From Steroidobacteraceae bacterium (GTDB taxonomy: Bacteria > Pseudomonadota > Gammaproteobacteria > Steroidobacterales > Steroidobacteraceae): a stretch of 64,000 bases of DNA. Made by a program: the position numbers and the translations under genes. The number at the start of each line of letters is the position of its first letter. The first letter of the stretch is position 1. The stretch covers positions 196,300 through 260,299 of the forward strand of contig JBBAPM010000001.1 in NCBI GenBank assembly GCA_040400835.1, in the 5' to 3' direction. Positions 38,071-52,502 of the stretch are shown here, piece by piece. The notes under the pieces are model-generated. The model was not told where the DNA came from. It was given only the letters and a program-made list of their open reading frames with translations, and ran no database searches.

Positions 38071-39195
38071 ATGCCCCCGACCCCAGACGAAGCCGCCGTC
38101 GCGGCCCGGCTCGGCGCCTTCGTCGAGCCCAACCTCCGACAGTCCCTCACCGAGGCCCGTGCGCTGCGCGAGTGCCGGCTCGACGGCGGCGCGACGCCGC
38201 CGCGCCTGCGCGTCGCGCTGGAGCTCGGCATCCCGACCGGCGGCTACCACGGCGAGCTCGCCGACGCCATCACGGCGCACCTGGCGCCGCTCTACGCCGA
38301 TGACCCCGGCGCCATGCCGCTCATCGAACTCGCGCTCTCCTCGCGCATCACCGCCCACGCCGTGCAGCGCGGGCTCACGCCGCTGCCCGGCATCGGCAAT
38401 GTGGTCGCGGTCGCCTCGGGCAAAGGCGGCGTCGGCAAATCGACGGTGGCCGCGAACCTCGCGCTCGCCTGGGCCGCCCAGGGCGCGCGGGTGGGTCTGT
38501 TGGACGCCGATGTCTACGGACCCAGCCAGCCCATCATGCTCGGCCTGCAGGGCGAACGGCCGACCTCCGTCGACGGCAAGCGCATCAAGCCGCTTCGCGC
38601 GCACGGCGTGGCGGCGATGTCGATCGGCTTCCTGGTCGACGTCGAGCAGCCGATGGCTTGGCGCGGTCCGATGGTCACCTCGGCGTTGAACCAATTGCTG
38701 GCCGACACCGAGTGGGGCGAGCTCGACTACCTCGTCGTCGACATGCCGCCCGGCACCGGCGACATCCAGCTCACGCTCGCGCAGCGCGTGCCGGTCGCGG
38801 GCGCCGTGATCGTCACCACGCCGCAGGACATCGCGCTCGCGGACGCGCGCAAGGGCCTGCGGATGTTCGAGAAGGTCCATGTCCCGGTGCTCGGCATCGT
38901 CGAGAACATGGCGACGCACGTCTGCAGCCGCTGCGGACACACCGAGCACATCTTCGGCGAGGGCGGCGGCGCGCGCATGGCCGCCGATTACTCCGTGCAG
39001 CTGCTCGGCTCGTTGCCGCTCGATGCGCGCATCCGTGCCGAGGCCGACGGCGGCAACCCGAGCGTGGTCGCCGATCCGGCGAGCCCGCGCGCCGCCGCCT
39101 ACCATTCGCTCGCGCGCCGCGCGGCCGGCGAGCTCGCCCGGCGCGGCCGCGACCGCAGCGTTCTCTTCCCCAAGATCGTCGTCGAGGACACATGA
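38071..39195 (+). CDS. apbC: Mrp/ApbC family iron-sulfur cluster carrier ATPase
   Basis: 374-aa [26 protein letters not shown] is the deviant Walker A motif, followed by [11 protein letters not shown] and CSRCGH. It is divergent from metG, as in E. coli. Confidence 0.92.
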   Translation: MPPTPDEAAVAARLGAFVEPNLRQSLTEARALRECRLDGGATPPRLRVALELGIPTGGYHGELADAITAHLAPLYADDPGAMPLIELALSSRITAHAVQRGLTPLPGIGNVVAVASGKGGVGKSTVAANLALAWAAQGARVGLLDADVYGPSQPIMLGLQGERPTSVDGKRIKPLRAHGVAAMSIGFLVDVEQPMAWRGPMVTSALNQLLADTEWGELDYLVVDMPPGTGDIQLTLAQRVPVAGAVIVTTPQDIALADARKGLRMFEKVHVPVLGIVENMATHVCSRCGHTEHIFGEGGGARMAADYSVQLLGSLPLDARIRAEADGGNPSVVADPASPRAAAYHSLARRAAGELARRGRDRSVLFPKIVVEDT

Positions 39196-39758
39196 GCATC
39201 AAGTCCGACCACTGGATCCGTCGCATGGCGGAGTCGCAGGGCATGATCGAACCCTTCGAGCCGGGTCAGGTGCGCGCGGTCGACGGCCGGCGGATCGTCT
39301 CGTACGGCACCTCGAGCTACGGCTACGATGTCCGCTGCGCGCGCGAGTTCAAGGTGTTCACCAACATCAACTCGACGATCGTCGACCCGAAGGCGTTCGA
39401 CGAGAAGAGCTTCGTCGACATCGACTCCGACGTCTGCATCATCCCGCCGAACTCCTTCGCGCTGGCGCGCACCGTCGAGTACTTCCGCGTGCCGCGCAGC
39501 GTGCTCGTGGTCTGTCTCGGCAAGTCGACGTACGCGCGCTGCGGCATCATCGTCAACGTGACGCCGCTCGAGCCGGAGTGGGAGGGGCATGTCACGCTCG
39601 AGTTCTCGAACACCACGCCGCTGCCCGCCAAGATCTACGCGAACGAGGGCGTGGCGCAGATGCTGTTCTTCGAGAGCGACGAGGTCTGCGCGACCTCCTA
39701 CAAGGACCGGGGCGGCAAGTACCAGGGCCAGAAGGGCGTGACGCTGCCGCGGACCTGA
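39192..39758 (+). CDS. dcd: dCTP deaminase
   Basis: This is the tail of ORF 38658..39758, starting at the ATG at 39192, which overlaps the apbC stop (ATGA). [14 protein letters not shown]...SYGYDVRC...[51 protein letters not shown]. Confidence 0.94.
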   Translation: MSIKSDHWIRRMAESQGMIEPFEPGQVRAVDGRRIVSYGTSSYGYDVRCAREFKVFTNINSTIVDPKAFDEKSFVDIDSDVCIIPPNSFALARTVEYFRVPRSVLVVCLGKSTYARCGIIVNVTPLEPEWEGHVTLEFSNTTPLPAKIYANEGVAQMLFFESDEVCATSYKDRGGKYQGQKGVTLPRT

Positions 39759-39764
39759 ACGCAA

Positions 39765-39782
39765 GCGCCCATCGCGGGGCGT
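39765..39782. terminator. hairpin between convergent dcd and the DUF3108-like gene
   Basis: GCGCCC-ATCGCG-GGGCGT (5 Watson-Crick pairs plus 1 G-U pair, 6 nt loop). There is no U tract. Confidence 0.25.
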
Positions 39783-39786
39783 GGTG

Positions 39787-40521
39787 TCAGCGTTTGAGGG
39801 CCTTCAGGCGCATCGTCCACTCGACCTTGTCGGCGCGGCGGCGCTCGGCCTGCACGGGCGTGTAGCCGAGGTCGGTGGCGTACCACACCCGGGTGACGCG
39901 GTCGGAGTCCGGTCGCCGGCTCGACCAGATCACCGTATCGAGCTCGCCCGCTGCGGTCTTGATGCGCGCGACGCCTTCCTGCTCGTAGACGTATTCCTTG
40001 ATCTCGTCCTTGTCGATGAGGAAGAACCGCCGCGGGCGTTCGTCGGCCGCGAGTGCACGTATCAGGGCGATCTGGACGGACATGCCGTCCTGCAGGCCGT
40101 CGCGCACCGCGAGGTCGACGGGTTGCGCCTCGGCGGTGCCGCGCACGCGGCCCGCCTTCCAGTCGAAGTCGAGGCGGATGTCGCGCTTGACGTCCTCTGT
40201 GCCGTCGTCGGCCACATAGCGGATCGGGCGCGGTCCCGCAGCGCCCAGCGTGAACTGGCTGGTCTGGCGGATCTCGCCCGAGAGCGCGAGACGGAACACG
40301 CCGCGCGCATTGGCGCGCGACACGTACCGCCATCGGTCGCCGCCCTCCGACGACAGCTCGAGCGTCGTGGTGCCGGCGTTCATGCCCCGATAGACGACCT
40401 CGAACGACGCCGAGAAAGGTTTCAACGATCTCTGGGTGTCCTGCGCATGCACGGCCGGGGCCGAGAGGGACGCGGCGAGCAGGCCGCAGAGCGCGAGCAG
40501 GGTGACGGGACGAGCGTTCAT
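39787..40521 (-). CDS. secreted conserved hypothetical protein (DUF3108-like)
   Basis: 244-aa ORF with the signal peptide [26 protein letters not shown]. The position immediately downstream of purN (ATGA overlap) matches the purMN-DUF3108 arrangement I recall in gammaproteobacteria. The family name is from memory. Confidence 0.65.
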   Translation of the reverse strand: MNARPVTLLALCGLLAASLSAPAVHAQDTQRSLKPFSASFEVVYRGMNAGTTTLELSSEGGDRWRYVSRANARGVFRLALSGEIRQTSQFTLGAAGPRPIRYVADDGTEDVKRDIRLDFDWKAGRVRGTAEAQPVDLAVRDGLQDGMSVQIALIRALAADERPRRFFLIDKDEIKEYVYEQEGVARIKTAAGELDTVIWSSRRPDSDRVTRVWYATDLGYTPVQAERRRADKVEWTMRLKALKR

Positions 40522-41195
40522 GCGGGGCTACCATCGTCGAGCAGCGGCGCGGTCAGCGGACGGCCGTCGAGCATCGGAACGCCTTCGGGGCAACGGAGCC
40601 GACCGGCGGCGATCCAACCGATGGCCTTGGGGTAGATCACGTGCTCGCGCGCCAGCACCCGCGCCGCGAGCGTCGTCTCGTCGTCACCGGGCAGCACCGG
40701 GACCTTGGCTTGCAGCACGGCAGGGCCTCCATCGAGCTCCGGCGTCACGTAATGGACCGTGCAGCCGTGCTCGGGTTCCCCGGCCTCGAGCGCGCGGCGG
40801 TGCGTGTGCAGGCCCTTGTGGCGCGGCAGCAGCGAGGGGTGGATGTTGACCAGCCGTCCGCGGAGCCGTTGCACGAAATCCGTGGAGAGGATCCGCATGT
40901 AGCCCGCGAGCACGACGAGGTCGGCGTCGAAAGGCGCGAGCGCCGCGAGCAGACGCTCGCCGTGCGACTCTCGCGTCTCGCCCGGTCCGGGCGGGACCGG
41001 CAGCGCGGGGATGCCCACCTCCGCCGCCCGCGTCAGGGCCCACGCACCGGGCTTGTCGGAGATCACGACCACGACCTCGGCCGCGATGCGGTCCGAGCGG
41101 CAGGCGTCGAGTATGGCGCCGAGGTTGCTGCCGCCGCCCGAGGCCATCACGGCGAGCCGCAGCCGTCTGGGCGGAGCGGAGGCGGCGCCGCTCAC
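40518..41195 (-). CDS. purN: phosphoribosylglycinamide formyltransferase
   Basis: The GTG start overlaps the purM stop (GTGA). [18 protein letters not shown]...[11 protein letters not shown]...[24 protein letters not shown]...[15 protein letters not shown]. Confidence 0.93.
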   Translation of the reverse strand: MSGAASAPPRRLRLAVMASGGGSNLGAILDACRSDRIAAEVVVVISDKPGAWALTRAAEVGIPALPVPPGPGETRESHGERLLAALAPFDADLVVLAGYMRILSTDFVQRLRGRLVNIHPSLLPRHKGLHTHRRALEAGEPEHGCTVHYVTPELDGGPAVLQAKVPVLPGDDETTLAARVLAREHVIYPKAIGWIAAGRLRCPEGVPMLDGRPLTAPLLDDGSPA

Positions 41196-42232
41196 TGGAT
41201 CAGCACATCCCCGGCGCCGGCCCGCACGTCGCCGATCAGCGAGGCGCGCTCGCCCTGCGCGCTGAGCAGCGCGAGCGCGGCATCGGCCTGCGCCGCGGCG
41301 ACGATCACGACCATGCCGATGCCGCAGTTGAAGGTGCGGTGCATCTCGTCGTCGGCGATGCGGCCTGCCTGCTGCAGCCAGTCGAACACCGGATCGCGCG
41401 CCCAGGCCGAGCGGCGCAGCGTCACGCCGCAGCCCTCGGGCAGCACGCGCGGGATGTTGTCGGTGAGCCCGCCGCCCGTGATGTGCGCGAACCCGTGCAC
41501 CGGCATCGCACGCGCGAGCGCGAGCATGGAGGGCACATAGATGCGTGTCGGCGCGAGCAGGCGGTCGAAGAGCGGCTGGCCGTCCACCATGGTGCCGGAG
41601 TCGGCGCCGGCGACCGACACCAGTTTGCGGATCAACGAGTAGCCGTTGGAGTGCGGTCCGGAGGAGGCGAGGCCGATGACCGCATCGCCCGCGGCCACCT
41701 TGCTGCCGTCGATGATCGCGTCCTTCTCGACCACGCCGACGCAGAAGCCGGCGAGGTCGTAATCGCCGCCGTGGTACATGCCCGGCATCTCGGCGGTCTC
41801 ACCGCCGACGAGCGCGCAGCCCGCCTGACGACAGCCCTCGACGATGCCTGCGACCACGCGCTCGGCGACCGCGACCTCGAGCTTGCCGGTGGCGTAGTAG
41901 TCGAGGAAGAAGAGCGGCTCGGCGCCCTGCACGGCGACGTCGTTCACGCACATGCCCACGAGGTCGATGCCGATGGTGTCGTGGCGACCGGTGTCGATGG
42001 CGAGGCGCAGCTTGGTGCCCACGCCGTCGGTGCCGGAGACCAGCACCGGTCGCCGCCAACGTCCCTCGGGCAGCTCGACCAGCGCACCGAACCCGCCGAT
42101 GCCGGCCAGGACCTCCGGCCGCGTGGCGCGTTTCACCAGAGGCTTGATGCGCTCGACCAGCTCGTCCCCCGCGTCGATGTCGACGCCGGCGTCGCGGTAG
42201 GTGAGTCCTGGGGTCTGCGGGGGATTGCTCAT
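41192..42232 (-). CDS. purM: phosphoribosylformylglycinamidine cyclo-ligase (AIR synthetase)
   Basis: ORF 41192..43351 trimmed to the ATG at 42232. [21 protein letters not shown]...GGFGAL...[10 protein letters not shown]...[10 protein letters not shown]...[11 protein letters not shown]. The product is 346 aa. Confidence 0.95.
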   Translation of the reverse strand: MSNPPQTPGLTYRDAGVDIDAGDELVERIKPLVKRATRPEVLAGIGGFGALVELPEGRWRRPVLVSGTDGVGTKLRLAIDTGRHDTIGIDLVGMCVNDVAVQGAEPLFFLDYYATGKLEVAVAERVVAGIVEGCRQAGCALVGGETAEMPGMYHGGDYDLAGFCVGVVEKDAIIDGSKVAAGDAVIGLASSGPHSNGYSLIRKLVSVAGADSGTMVDGQPLFDRLLAPTRIYVPSMLALARAMPVHGFAHITGGGLTDNIPRVLPEGCGVTLRRSAWARDPVFDWLQQAGRIADDEMHRTFNCGIGMVVIVAAAQADAALALLSAQGERASLIGDVRAGAGDVLIQ

Positions 42233-42275
42233 CGCGTCGCTCGTTCCGGGCGTCGGCCGGCCGGTCAAAACGCTA

Positions 42276-42286
42276 TGGTATCTTAT
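42276..42286. promoter_or_regulatory. shared AT-rich -10 region between purM-purN (minus) and DUF2066-like operon (plus)
   Basis: The plus strand reads TGGTATCTT, an extended -10 (TGn + TATCTT, 42276..42284). The minus strand reads TAAGAT (42285..42280). Confidence 0.35.
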
Positions 42287-42295
42287 CGCCCCGTG

Positions 42296-43264
42296 ATGAT
42301 GACCGGCGTCCGTCAGAGACCGACCACCCGCGCGCGCGTCGCGCTGCTGACCGCGATGCTCCCGGTCGTGGGTCTGCATGTCCCGGTCGCGCCTGCGGCC
42401 CAAGCGGTGGCGGTGGGCGAGGTCACGGTCACGGGCAACGGCGACGAGGCGCTCGCCGACGCGATGCGCACGACGCTCGTCCGGCTCACCGGCCGGCGCT
42501 CCGCCGCAGACGATCCTGCGCTGTCCTCGCTCGTCACCAACGCCCGTCGCTATGTGCAGGTGTTCCGCCCGGCGAGCGGCAGCAATCCCGCCCGCGTCAC
42601 CTTCGACGCCGCGGCCATCGAGCGCGCGGTCACCGCCCTCGGGCAGCCGGTGTGGAACCGTACCCGACCGGTGGTGCTCGGCGTCATCACCCGACCGCCC
42701 GCGGACGCCGACCCGGCGGCCGTGCGCAAGTCGCTGGAGACGGCCTCGAGCGAGCGCGGTCTGCCGTTGAAGCTCGTCTCGGCCGCCACCGCCGGTCTGG
42801 CGGGCAAGGATCCGGTCCCCGCCGCGGAGGCGCTCGCCGCCGCCCGTGCGCAGGGCGCTGATGCGACCTTGGTCGGCACCGCGGAGGGCACCGAATGGCA
42901 GTGGACGCTCTTCGACGGCGCATCCACCACGGTGTTCACCGGCGGGGTGGCGGCCGGTGTCGAGGGCGCGGTCGATCTGTTCGCGCTCGGGGCGCCGACC
43001 GCGAGCGCCGGGCCGGTGGCCACCGCCACGATCGATGTCCAGGGCGTCGCGTCGCTCGCGGATGCGGTGCGGATCCAAAGGCTGGTCGAGGGCCTGTCCG
43101 GTGCGCGACGGGTGATCCTGCTCGCGAGCGAGGCGGGCATGGTGCGGTATCAGCTCGACATCCCGCGCGGGGCGGAGGGGCTGGCCGAGGCCCTGTCGTC
43201 GCGCATCGAGCTCGCGAGGGTCGGCAGCGGCGTCGCGCCGCTCACCTACCGTATCGCGCGGTGA
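42296..43264 (+). CDS. secreted conserved hypothetical protein (DUF2066-like)
   Basis: This is the tail of ORF 41339..43264. Start candidates are GTG 42293, ATG 42296 and ATG 42299. The signal-like N-terminus is [37 protein letters not shown]. The position between purM and hda matches the Pseudomonas-type arrangement I recall. Confidence 0.6.
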   Translation: MMTGVRQRPTTRARVALLTAMLPVVGLHVPVAPAAQAVAVGEVTVTGNGDEALADAMRTTLVRLTGRRSAADDPALSSLVTNARRYVQVFRPASGSNPARVTFDAAAIERAVTALGQPVWNRTRPVVLGVITRPPADADPAAVRKSLETASSERGLPLKLVSAATAGLAGKDPVPAAEALAAARAQGADATLVGTAEGTEWQWTLFDGASTTVFTGGVAAGVEGAVDLFALGAPTASAGPVATATIDVQGVASLADAVRIQRLVEGLSGARRVILLASEAGMVRYQLDIPRGAEGLAEALSSRIELARVGSGVAPLTYRIAR

Positions 43265-43274
43265 GGGGTCGGTC

Positions 43275-43840
43275 GTGAGCCTGCTGCGCCATCTGCCCAA
43301 CGCCATCTGCGTGATGCGCATCGTGCTCACGGTGCCGGCGGTCATCGCCATCTCGCGCGGCGAACATGGCGCTGCGCTCGCGTACTTCGCCGTCGCGGCC
43401 GTCTCCGACGGGCTTGATGGCTATCTGGCCAAGCGCAACGGTTGGACCAGCGAGCTCGGACGGTTCCTCGATCCGCTCGCGGACAAGCTGCTGCTGGTGG
43501 CCGTTTTCCTCGCCTGCGCCTGGAACGGGCTCGTCCCGGCCTGGCTCGCCGCTGCGGCGATCGCGCGCGACCTGATGATCGGCGGCGGGGCGCTCATCTA
43601 CCGGCTCTGGTTCGGACCGGTCAACGGCCATCCCATCGTGCTCTCCAAGGTCAACACCGCCCTGCAGATCTCCGTGGTGGTCGCGGCGTTGTCGGCGGCG
43701 GCCGTCGGCTGGCCTTGGCCCTGGCTCCAGCAGGTGCTCGCGGTGGCGATGCTCGGAACCACGGCGGCCTCCGGCGCCGCCTATCTGGCCCTGTTCTTCC
43801 GGCGCGCCTGGACGATCCTCGGCGGCGCGGCGGCGCGCTG

Positions 43841-43841
<1 letters not shown>
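43275..43841 (+). CDS. CDP-alcohol phosphatidyltransferase family protein (PgsA-like size and layout)
   Basis: 188-aa ORF with a GTG start. It has the signature D(x)2DG(x)2AR...G(x)3D(x)3D = [28 protein letters not shown] and several TM segments. Confidence 0.85.
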
Positions 43842-46870
<3,029 letters not shown>

Positions 46871-46921
46871 GTTCGGGCTCGGGGTCGGGGTTCAGGGTGC
46901 GACATGTTACGGTCGCGGAGA

Positions 46922-46950
46922 TTGTCCCGAAAGGTTCGGACCCCTATGAT
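46922..46950 (+). promoter_or_regulatory. predicted sigma70-type promoter for pssA
   Basis: TTGTCC (46922..46927), a 17 nt spacer, then TATGAT (46945..46950), about 37 nt upstream of the GTG at 46987. Confidence 0.4.
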
Positions 46951-46986
46951 GACCCGGAATCCGGTCAAACAGGGTCCAGTACGCCC

Positions 46987-47781
46987 GTGAGCCCCCCGTC
47001 CCCCGACGCTCCGCAGCGCCCCAAGCGCCGCGGCATCGTGCTGCTGCCGAACCTCTTCACCACCGGCTGCCTCGCCTGCGGGTTCTTCGGCATCATCTCG
47101 GCCATCAACGGCGATTTCGGCCGTGCCTGCGCGGCCATCTACTTCGCCATGCTGTTCGATGGTCTGGACGGTCGCGTTGCGCGGTGGACGGGCACCGAGA
47201 GCGCTTTCGGCAAGGAGTACGACAGCCTCGCCGACATGGTCGCTTTCGGCGTGGCGCCCGCCCTGATCGCCTACCAGTGGGGCATCGAGCGCATCGCGGA
47301 GTACGGCGACGCCTGGGCGCGCTTCGGCTGGGTCGCCGCGTTCCTGTACGCGGTCTGCGCGGCGCTCCGTCTCGCCCGGTTCAACGCCCGCGCCGCGACC
47401 GCCGACAAGCGTTACTTCGAGGGTCTGCCGAGCCCGTCCGCGGCGGGTCTCGTCGCGGCGTATGTCTGGTTCACCAGCGAGTGGCGCGAACCGGGCCTCG
47501 TCGGCCTCGTGGTGCTCTTCTGCGTCCCCGTGATCGCCGGCGCGCTGATGGTGTCGCGTTTCCCTTATTCCAGCACCAAGCAGATCGACTGGAACGCGCG
47601 CGTGAAGTTCTTCTACTTCGTGGTCGTGCCGTTGTCGCTGGCGCTGGTCGTGGCGGACCCGCCGCCGATGCTGCTGTTCCTGTTCACGATGTACGCGCTG
47701 TCGGCACCGACCGTCTGGCTGCTGCGTCGGCTGCGCCGGTCGGCGACCGCGACGCCGCCGTCACCCGGTGACCATGTCTGA
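46987..47781 (+). CDS. pssA: CDP-diacylglycerol--serine O-phosphatidyltransferase
   Basis: ORF 46897..47781. LLPNLFTTGCLACGFFGI...FDGLDGRVARWTGTESAFGKEYDSLADMVAFG is the CDP-alcohol PT motif. I place the start at the GTG at 46987, because a TTGTCC-N17-TATGAT promoter lies inside the longer version (GTG 46897). Confidence 0.85.
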   Translation: MSPPSPDAPQRPKRRGIVLLPNLFTTGCLACGFFGIISAINGDFGRACAAIYFAMLFDGLDGRVARWTGTESAFGKEYDSLADMVAFGVAPALIAYQWGIERIAEYGDAWARFGWVAAFLYAVCAALRLARFNARAATADKRYFEGLPSPSAAGLVAAYVWFTSEWREPGLVGLVVLFCVPVIAGALMVSRFPYSSTKQIDWNARVKFFYFVVVPLSLALVVADPPPMLLFLFTMYALSAPTVWLLRRLRRSATATPPSPGDHV

Positions 47782-48472
47782 TCCCGCCCGCCGCGCCGCC
47801 TACCTCGGCGCGCTCGGCATCGACCAGTGGGTGCCGCGCAGACCGCCACCCGCGGAGCCGGCCACCGTGCTCCCCGTCGCATCCGCGGTGCCCGCGGTCG
47901 TCGATGACGGCTGGGCGGCGCTCGAATCGCGGGTGCGCGATTGTCGACGTTGCGCGTTGCATGAGGGCCGCACGCAGACCGTGTTCGGTTCGGGTTCACG
48001 TACCGCGGAATGGATGGTCATCGGCGAGGCGCCCGGCGAGGAGGAAGACCGGCAGGGCGAACCGTTCGTCGGAGCCTCCGGGCAGCTGCTCACCGCGATG
48101 CTGGCCGCGATCGGCCTGCCGCGCGACAGCGTCTTCATCGGCAACATCGTGAAGTGCCGTCCGCCGGGCAACCGGGACCCTCGGCCGGAGGAGGCGGCCG
48201 CCTGCCGCGACCACCTCGATCGGCAGGTCGGGTTGCTGCGCCCGCGGCTGATCCTCGCCTTCGGCAAGGTCGCGGCGCAGAACCTGCTCGGCGCGGAGGC
48301 CACCGTGGGTTCGATGCGCGGTACGGTGCACCGCTTCGGTCCGCTCAACACGCCGGTCGTGGTCACGTATCATCCCGCCTACCTGCTGCGCAGCCCGGGC
48401 GAGAAACGCAAGGCGTGGGAAGACCTCAAGTTCGCGCGGCAGGTGTTCGCCGGCTTGCCGGCTCGAGACTGA
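47774..48472 (+). CDS. uracil-DNA glycosylase, family 4
   Basis: ORF 47768..48472 with ATG at 47774. [18 protein letters not shown]...[25 protein letters not shown]...[13 protein letters not shown]...HPAYLLR. It overlaps the pssA 3' end by 8 nt. Confidence 0.88.
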   Translation: MSDPARRAAYLGALGIDQWVPRRPPPAEPATVLPVASAVPAVVDDGWAALESRVRDCRRCALHEGRTQTVFGSGSRTAEWMVIGEAPGEEEDRQGEPFVGASGQLLTAMLAAIGLPRDSVFIGNIVKCRPPGNRDPRPEEAAACRDHLDRQVGLLRPRLILAFGKVAAQNLLGAEATVGSMRGTVHRFGPLNTPVVVTYHPAYLLRSPGEKRKAWEDLKFARQVFAGLPARD

Positions 48473-48485
48473 TCGTCACGGAACG

Positions 48486-48964
48486 ATGATGGCCACCGCA
48501 CCGCAACATCTGCCGATGCCCGAGTCCCTGCTGCGCCCGATGCGCGAGGACGATGTGGCCGCCGTGGTTCAGGCCGAGCGCGACTCCTACGCCTTCCCGT
48601 GGAGCGAGCCCGTGTTCCGCGATTGTCTGCGTGTCGGCTATCTCTGCCGCGTGCTGGAGATCGACCGCCGCGTGGCGGGCTACGGCATCCTGTCGACGGG
48701 GGCGGGCGAGGCGCACATCCTGAACGTCTGTGTGCGACCCGAGCATCGTTGTCGCGGCCTCGGACGGCATCTCGTCACCGCGCTCTTCGACATCGCGCGG
48801 GCCGCCGGGGCGGAGGACCTGTTCCTCGAGGTACGGCCGAGCAACACCACGGCGATCCGCCTCTACCAGTCGCTCGGGCTCGCGCAGGTCGGCCTGCGCC
48901 GCGGCTACTACCAGGCCGCCAACGGCCGCGAGGACGCCATCGTGATGCGTCTGCGGCTGGTCCC

Positions 48965-48968
<4 letters not shown>
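48486..48968 (+). CDS. rimI: ribosomal-protein-alanine N-acetyltransferase (GNAT)
   Basis: 160-aa [24 protein letters not shown]...[21 protein letters not shown]...RRGYY is the RimI-type GNAT pattern. Confidence 0.82.
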
Positions 48969-50548
<1,580 letters not shown>

Positions 50549-50549
50549 C

Positions 50550-51809
50550 ATGACGAGCCCGTACAAGCGCCGCGACACGATCTCCTGGGCGCTGTACGAC
50601 TGGGCGAACTCCGCGTTCTTCACCACGGTGCTCGCCGGCTTCTTCCCGGTGTTCTTCCAGAAGTTCTGGAGCACCGGGGTCGATCCGACGGTGAGCACCT
50701 CACGGCTCGGCTTCGCCAACGGCATCGCCGGGCTGCTGGTCGCGGTCCTCGCGCCGGTCTTGGGCGCCGTCGCCGACCGCGCGGGCGGCCGCAAGCGGCA
50801 GTTGGTCGGCTGGACCATGCTCGGTGTCGCCGGCACCGCATCGCTCGGGTTCGTCGGGCAGGGCGAGTGGTGGTGGGCCGCGGCGTGCTTCATGGTCGCC
50901 GCCATCGGCGCCAACGCCGCCAACATCTTCTACGACGCGCTGCTTCTCGATGTCGCGGAGCCCCGCGACTACGACCGCGTGTCGGCGCTCGGTTATTCGC
51001 TGGGCTACCTCGGCGGCGGCCTGCTGTTCGCGTTCAACGTGCTGATGACCCTCAAGCCGCACTGGTTCGGCCTCGCCGACGCCGCCGAGGCGGTGCGCGC
51101 CTCGTTCGTGAGCGTCGCGGTCTGGTGGTTCCTGTTCATGCTGCCGGCGGCCTTCAACGTCCGCGAACGGCCGCCGAAGGCGCCGTCGGCAGGGTTCTTC
51201 GCCGACGCCCGGGACGGCCTGCGGGAGCTGCGGCAGACCGTGGGTCATGTCGCGCAGTACCGCGATGTCAGCCTCTTCCTGCTCGCCTACTGGCTCTACA
51301 TCGACGGCGTCCACACCATCTACACGATGGCGGTCGACTACGGCGTGGCGCTCGGCCTGCCGAGTTCCAGCCTGCTCGCGGCCTTGCTGTTGACCCAGTT
51401 CGTGGCCTTCCCGTCGGCGCTCGCGCTCGGCTGGTTGGGCGAACGGATCGGCGCCAAGCGCGGCATCCTGATCTGCATCGCGGTCTACCTCTCGGCGACG
51501 CTCTACGCCTGGTTCCTCGACAGCGTCACCGAGTTCTTCGCGCTCGCCGTGGTCATCGGGTTGGTTCAGGGCGGCGTACAGAGCCTGTCGCGTTCGTTCT
51601 TCGGACGTCTGGTGCCCGACGGCAAGGGCGGCGAGTTCTTCGGCTTCTACAACATGATGGGCAAGTTCGCGAGCTTCCTGGGGCCCATGCTGATCGCGAC
51701 CGTCGCCCTGTTGACCGGCGATTCGCGGCTCTCCATCACCTCGCTCGTGGTGCTGTTCGTGCTCGGCGGGCTGATCCTCTGGCGCGTGCCGGAGCCGCCG
51801 CGCGTCTGA
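50550..51809 (+). CDS. MFS transporter, UMF1 (Atg22-like) family
   Basis: 419-aa ORF. ISWALYDWANSAFFTTVLAGFFPVFFQKFW is the UMF1 N-terminal signature as I recall it. About 12 hydrophobic segments. Confidence 0.8.
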   Translation: MTSPYKRRDTISWALYDWANSAFFTTVLAGFFPVFFQKFWSTGVDPTVSTSRLGFANGIAGLLVAVLAPVLGAVADRAGGRKRQLVGWTMLGVAGTASLGFVGQGEWWWAAACFMVAAIGANAANIFYDALLLDVAEPRDYDRVSALGYSLGYLGGGLLFAFNVLMTLKPHWFGLADAAEAVRASFVSVAVWWFLFMLPAAFNVRERPPKAPSAGFFADARDGLRELRQTVGHVAQYRDVSLFLLAYWLYIDGVHTIYTMAVDYGVALGLPSSSLLAALLLTQFVAFPSALALGWLGERIGAKRGILICIAVYLSATLYAWFLDSVTEFFALAVVIGLVQGGVQSLSRSFFGRLVPDGKGGEFFGFYNMMGKFASFLGPMLIATVALLTGDSRLSITSLVVLFVLGGLILWRVPEPPRV

Positions 51810-51835
51810 CCCCGCCTCGACGACGGATCCAGCCT

Positions 51836-52438
51836 ATGAGCATCGCATCCCGCTTCCCCCATCTTCCGCCGGGCGTGCCGCAGGTGAGGAGCCGTTGGCG
51901 GCGCTGGGTGGGCGTCACGGGTCTGTGGCTCGCCGGCTGGCGCATCGAGCCGCCGATGCCGACCGAGCCGAAGTGCGTGCTCATCGTCGCGCCGCACACC
52001 TCGAACTGGGACTTCGTGATGGGCTTCCTCGCCTATCTCGCGATGCAGATGGATGCGAGCTGGCTCGCCAAGCACACGGCGCTCGCCGGGCCGTTCGGAC
52101 CCCTGGGGCGTCACTTCGGCGGCATCCCGGTCGACCGCAGCAAGCCCGGCAACATGGTCGAGGCCTGCATCGAGGCGTTCGCATCGCCGCGCGGCAAGAT
52201 CCTCGTGATCACGCCCGAGGGTACGCGCAGCCGCGTCGAGGAGTGGAAGCGCGGTTACCACCGCATCGCGCTCGCGGCCGGGGTGCCCATCGTCCCGGCG
52301 GCGATCGACTTCAAGGCGCGCTGCGTGCGGTTCGGGCCCGCCGTACATCCGACCGCCGATGCCGAGGCCGACGAGCGCAAGCTGCGGGCGTTCTACCGTG
52401 CCGAGATGGCGAAACATCCGGCGCTCTACAAAGAATGA
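51836..52438 (+). CDS. PlsC-type (1-acyl-sn-glycerol-3-phosphate acyltransferase family) acyltransferase
   Basis: This is the tail of ORF 50867..52438, starting at the ATG at 51836. It has the HX4D motif APHTSNWDF and a second block ITPEGTRS. The product is 200 aa. Confidence 0.8.
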   Translation: MSIASRFPHLPPGVPQVRSRWRRWVGVTGLWLAGWRIEPPMPTEPKCVLIVAPHTSNWDFVMGFLAYLAMQMDASWLAKHTALAGPFGPLGRHFGGIPVDRSKPGNMVEACIEAFASPRGKILVITPEGTRSRVEEWKRGYHRIALAAGVPIVPAAIDFKARCVRFGPAVHPTADAEADERKLRAFYRAEMAKHPALYKE

Positions 52439-52475
52439 CCGACGGCCGATGCTCGGCTGATGGTGGGCCGCTGAT

Positions 52476-52490
52476 CCGGCCTGTCGCCGG
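52476..52490. terminator. small hairpin between the convergent PlsC-like gene and the M90 peptidase gene
   Basis: CCGGC-CTGTC-GCCGG (5 bp stem). A second hairpin, GCCGA-TGC-TCGGC, lies at 52445..52457. Confidence 0.25.
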
Positions 52491-52502
52491 GTCGGTCCGG
52501 CG

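Noticed and set aside
42262-42278. PurR-box-like sequence (GTCAAAACGCTAT) between purM and the DUF2066-like gene
   Set aside because: It matches only a half-site of the E. coli PurR palindrome as I remember it. The second half is missing.
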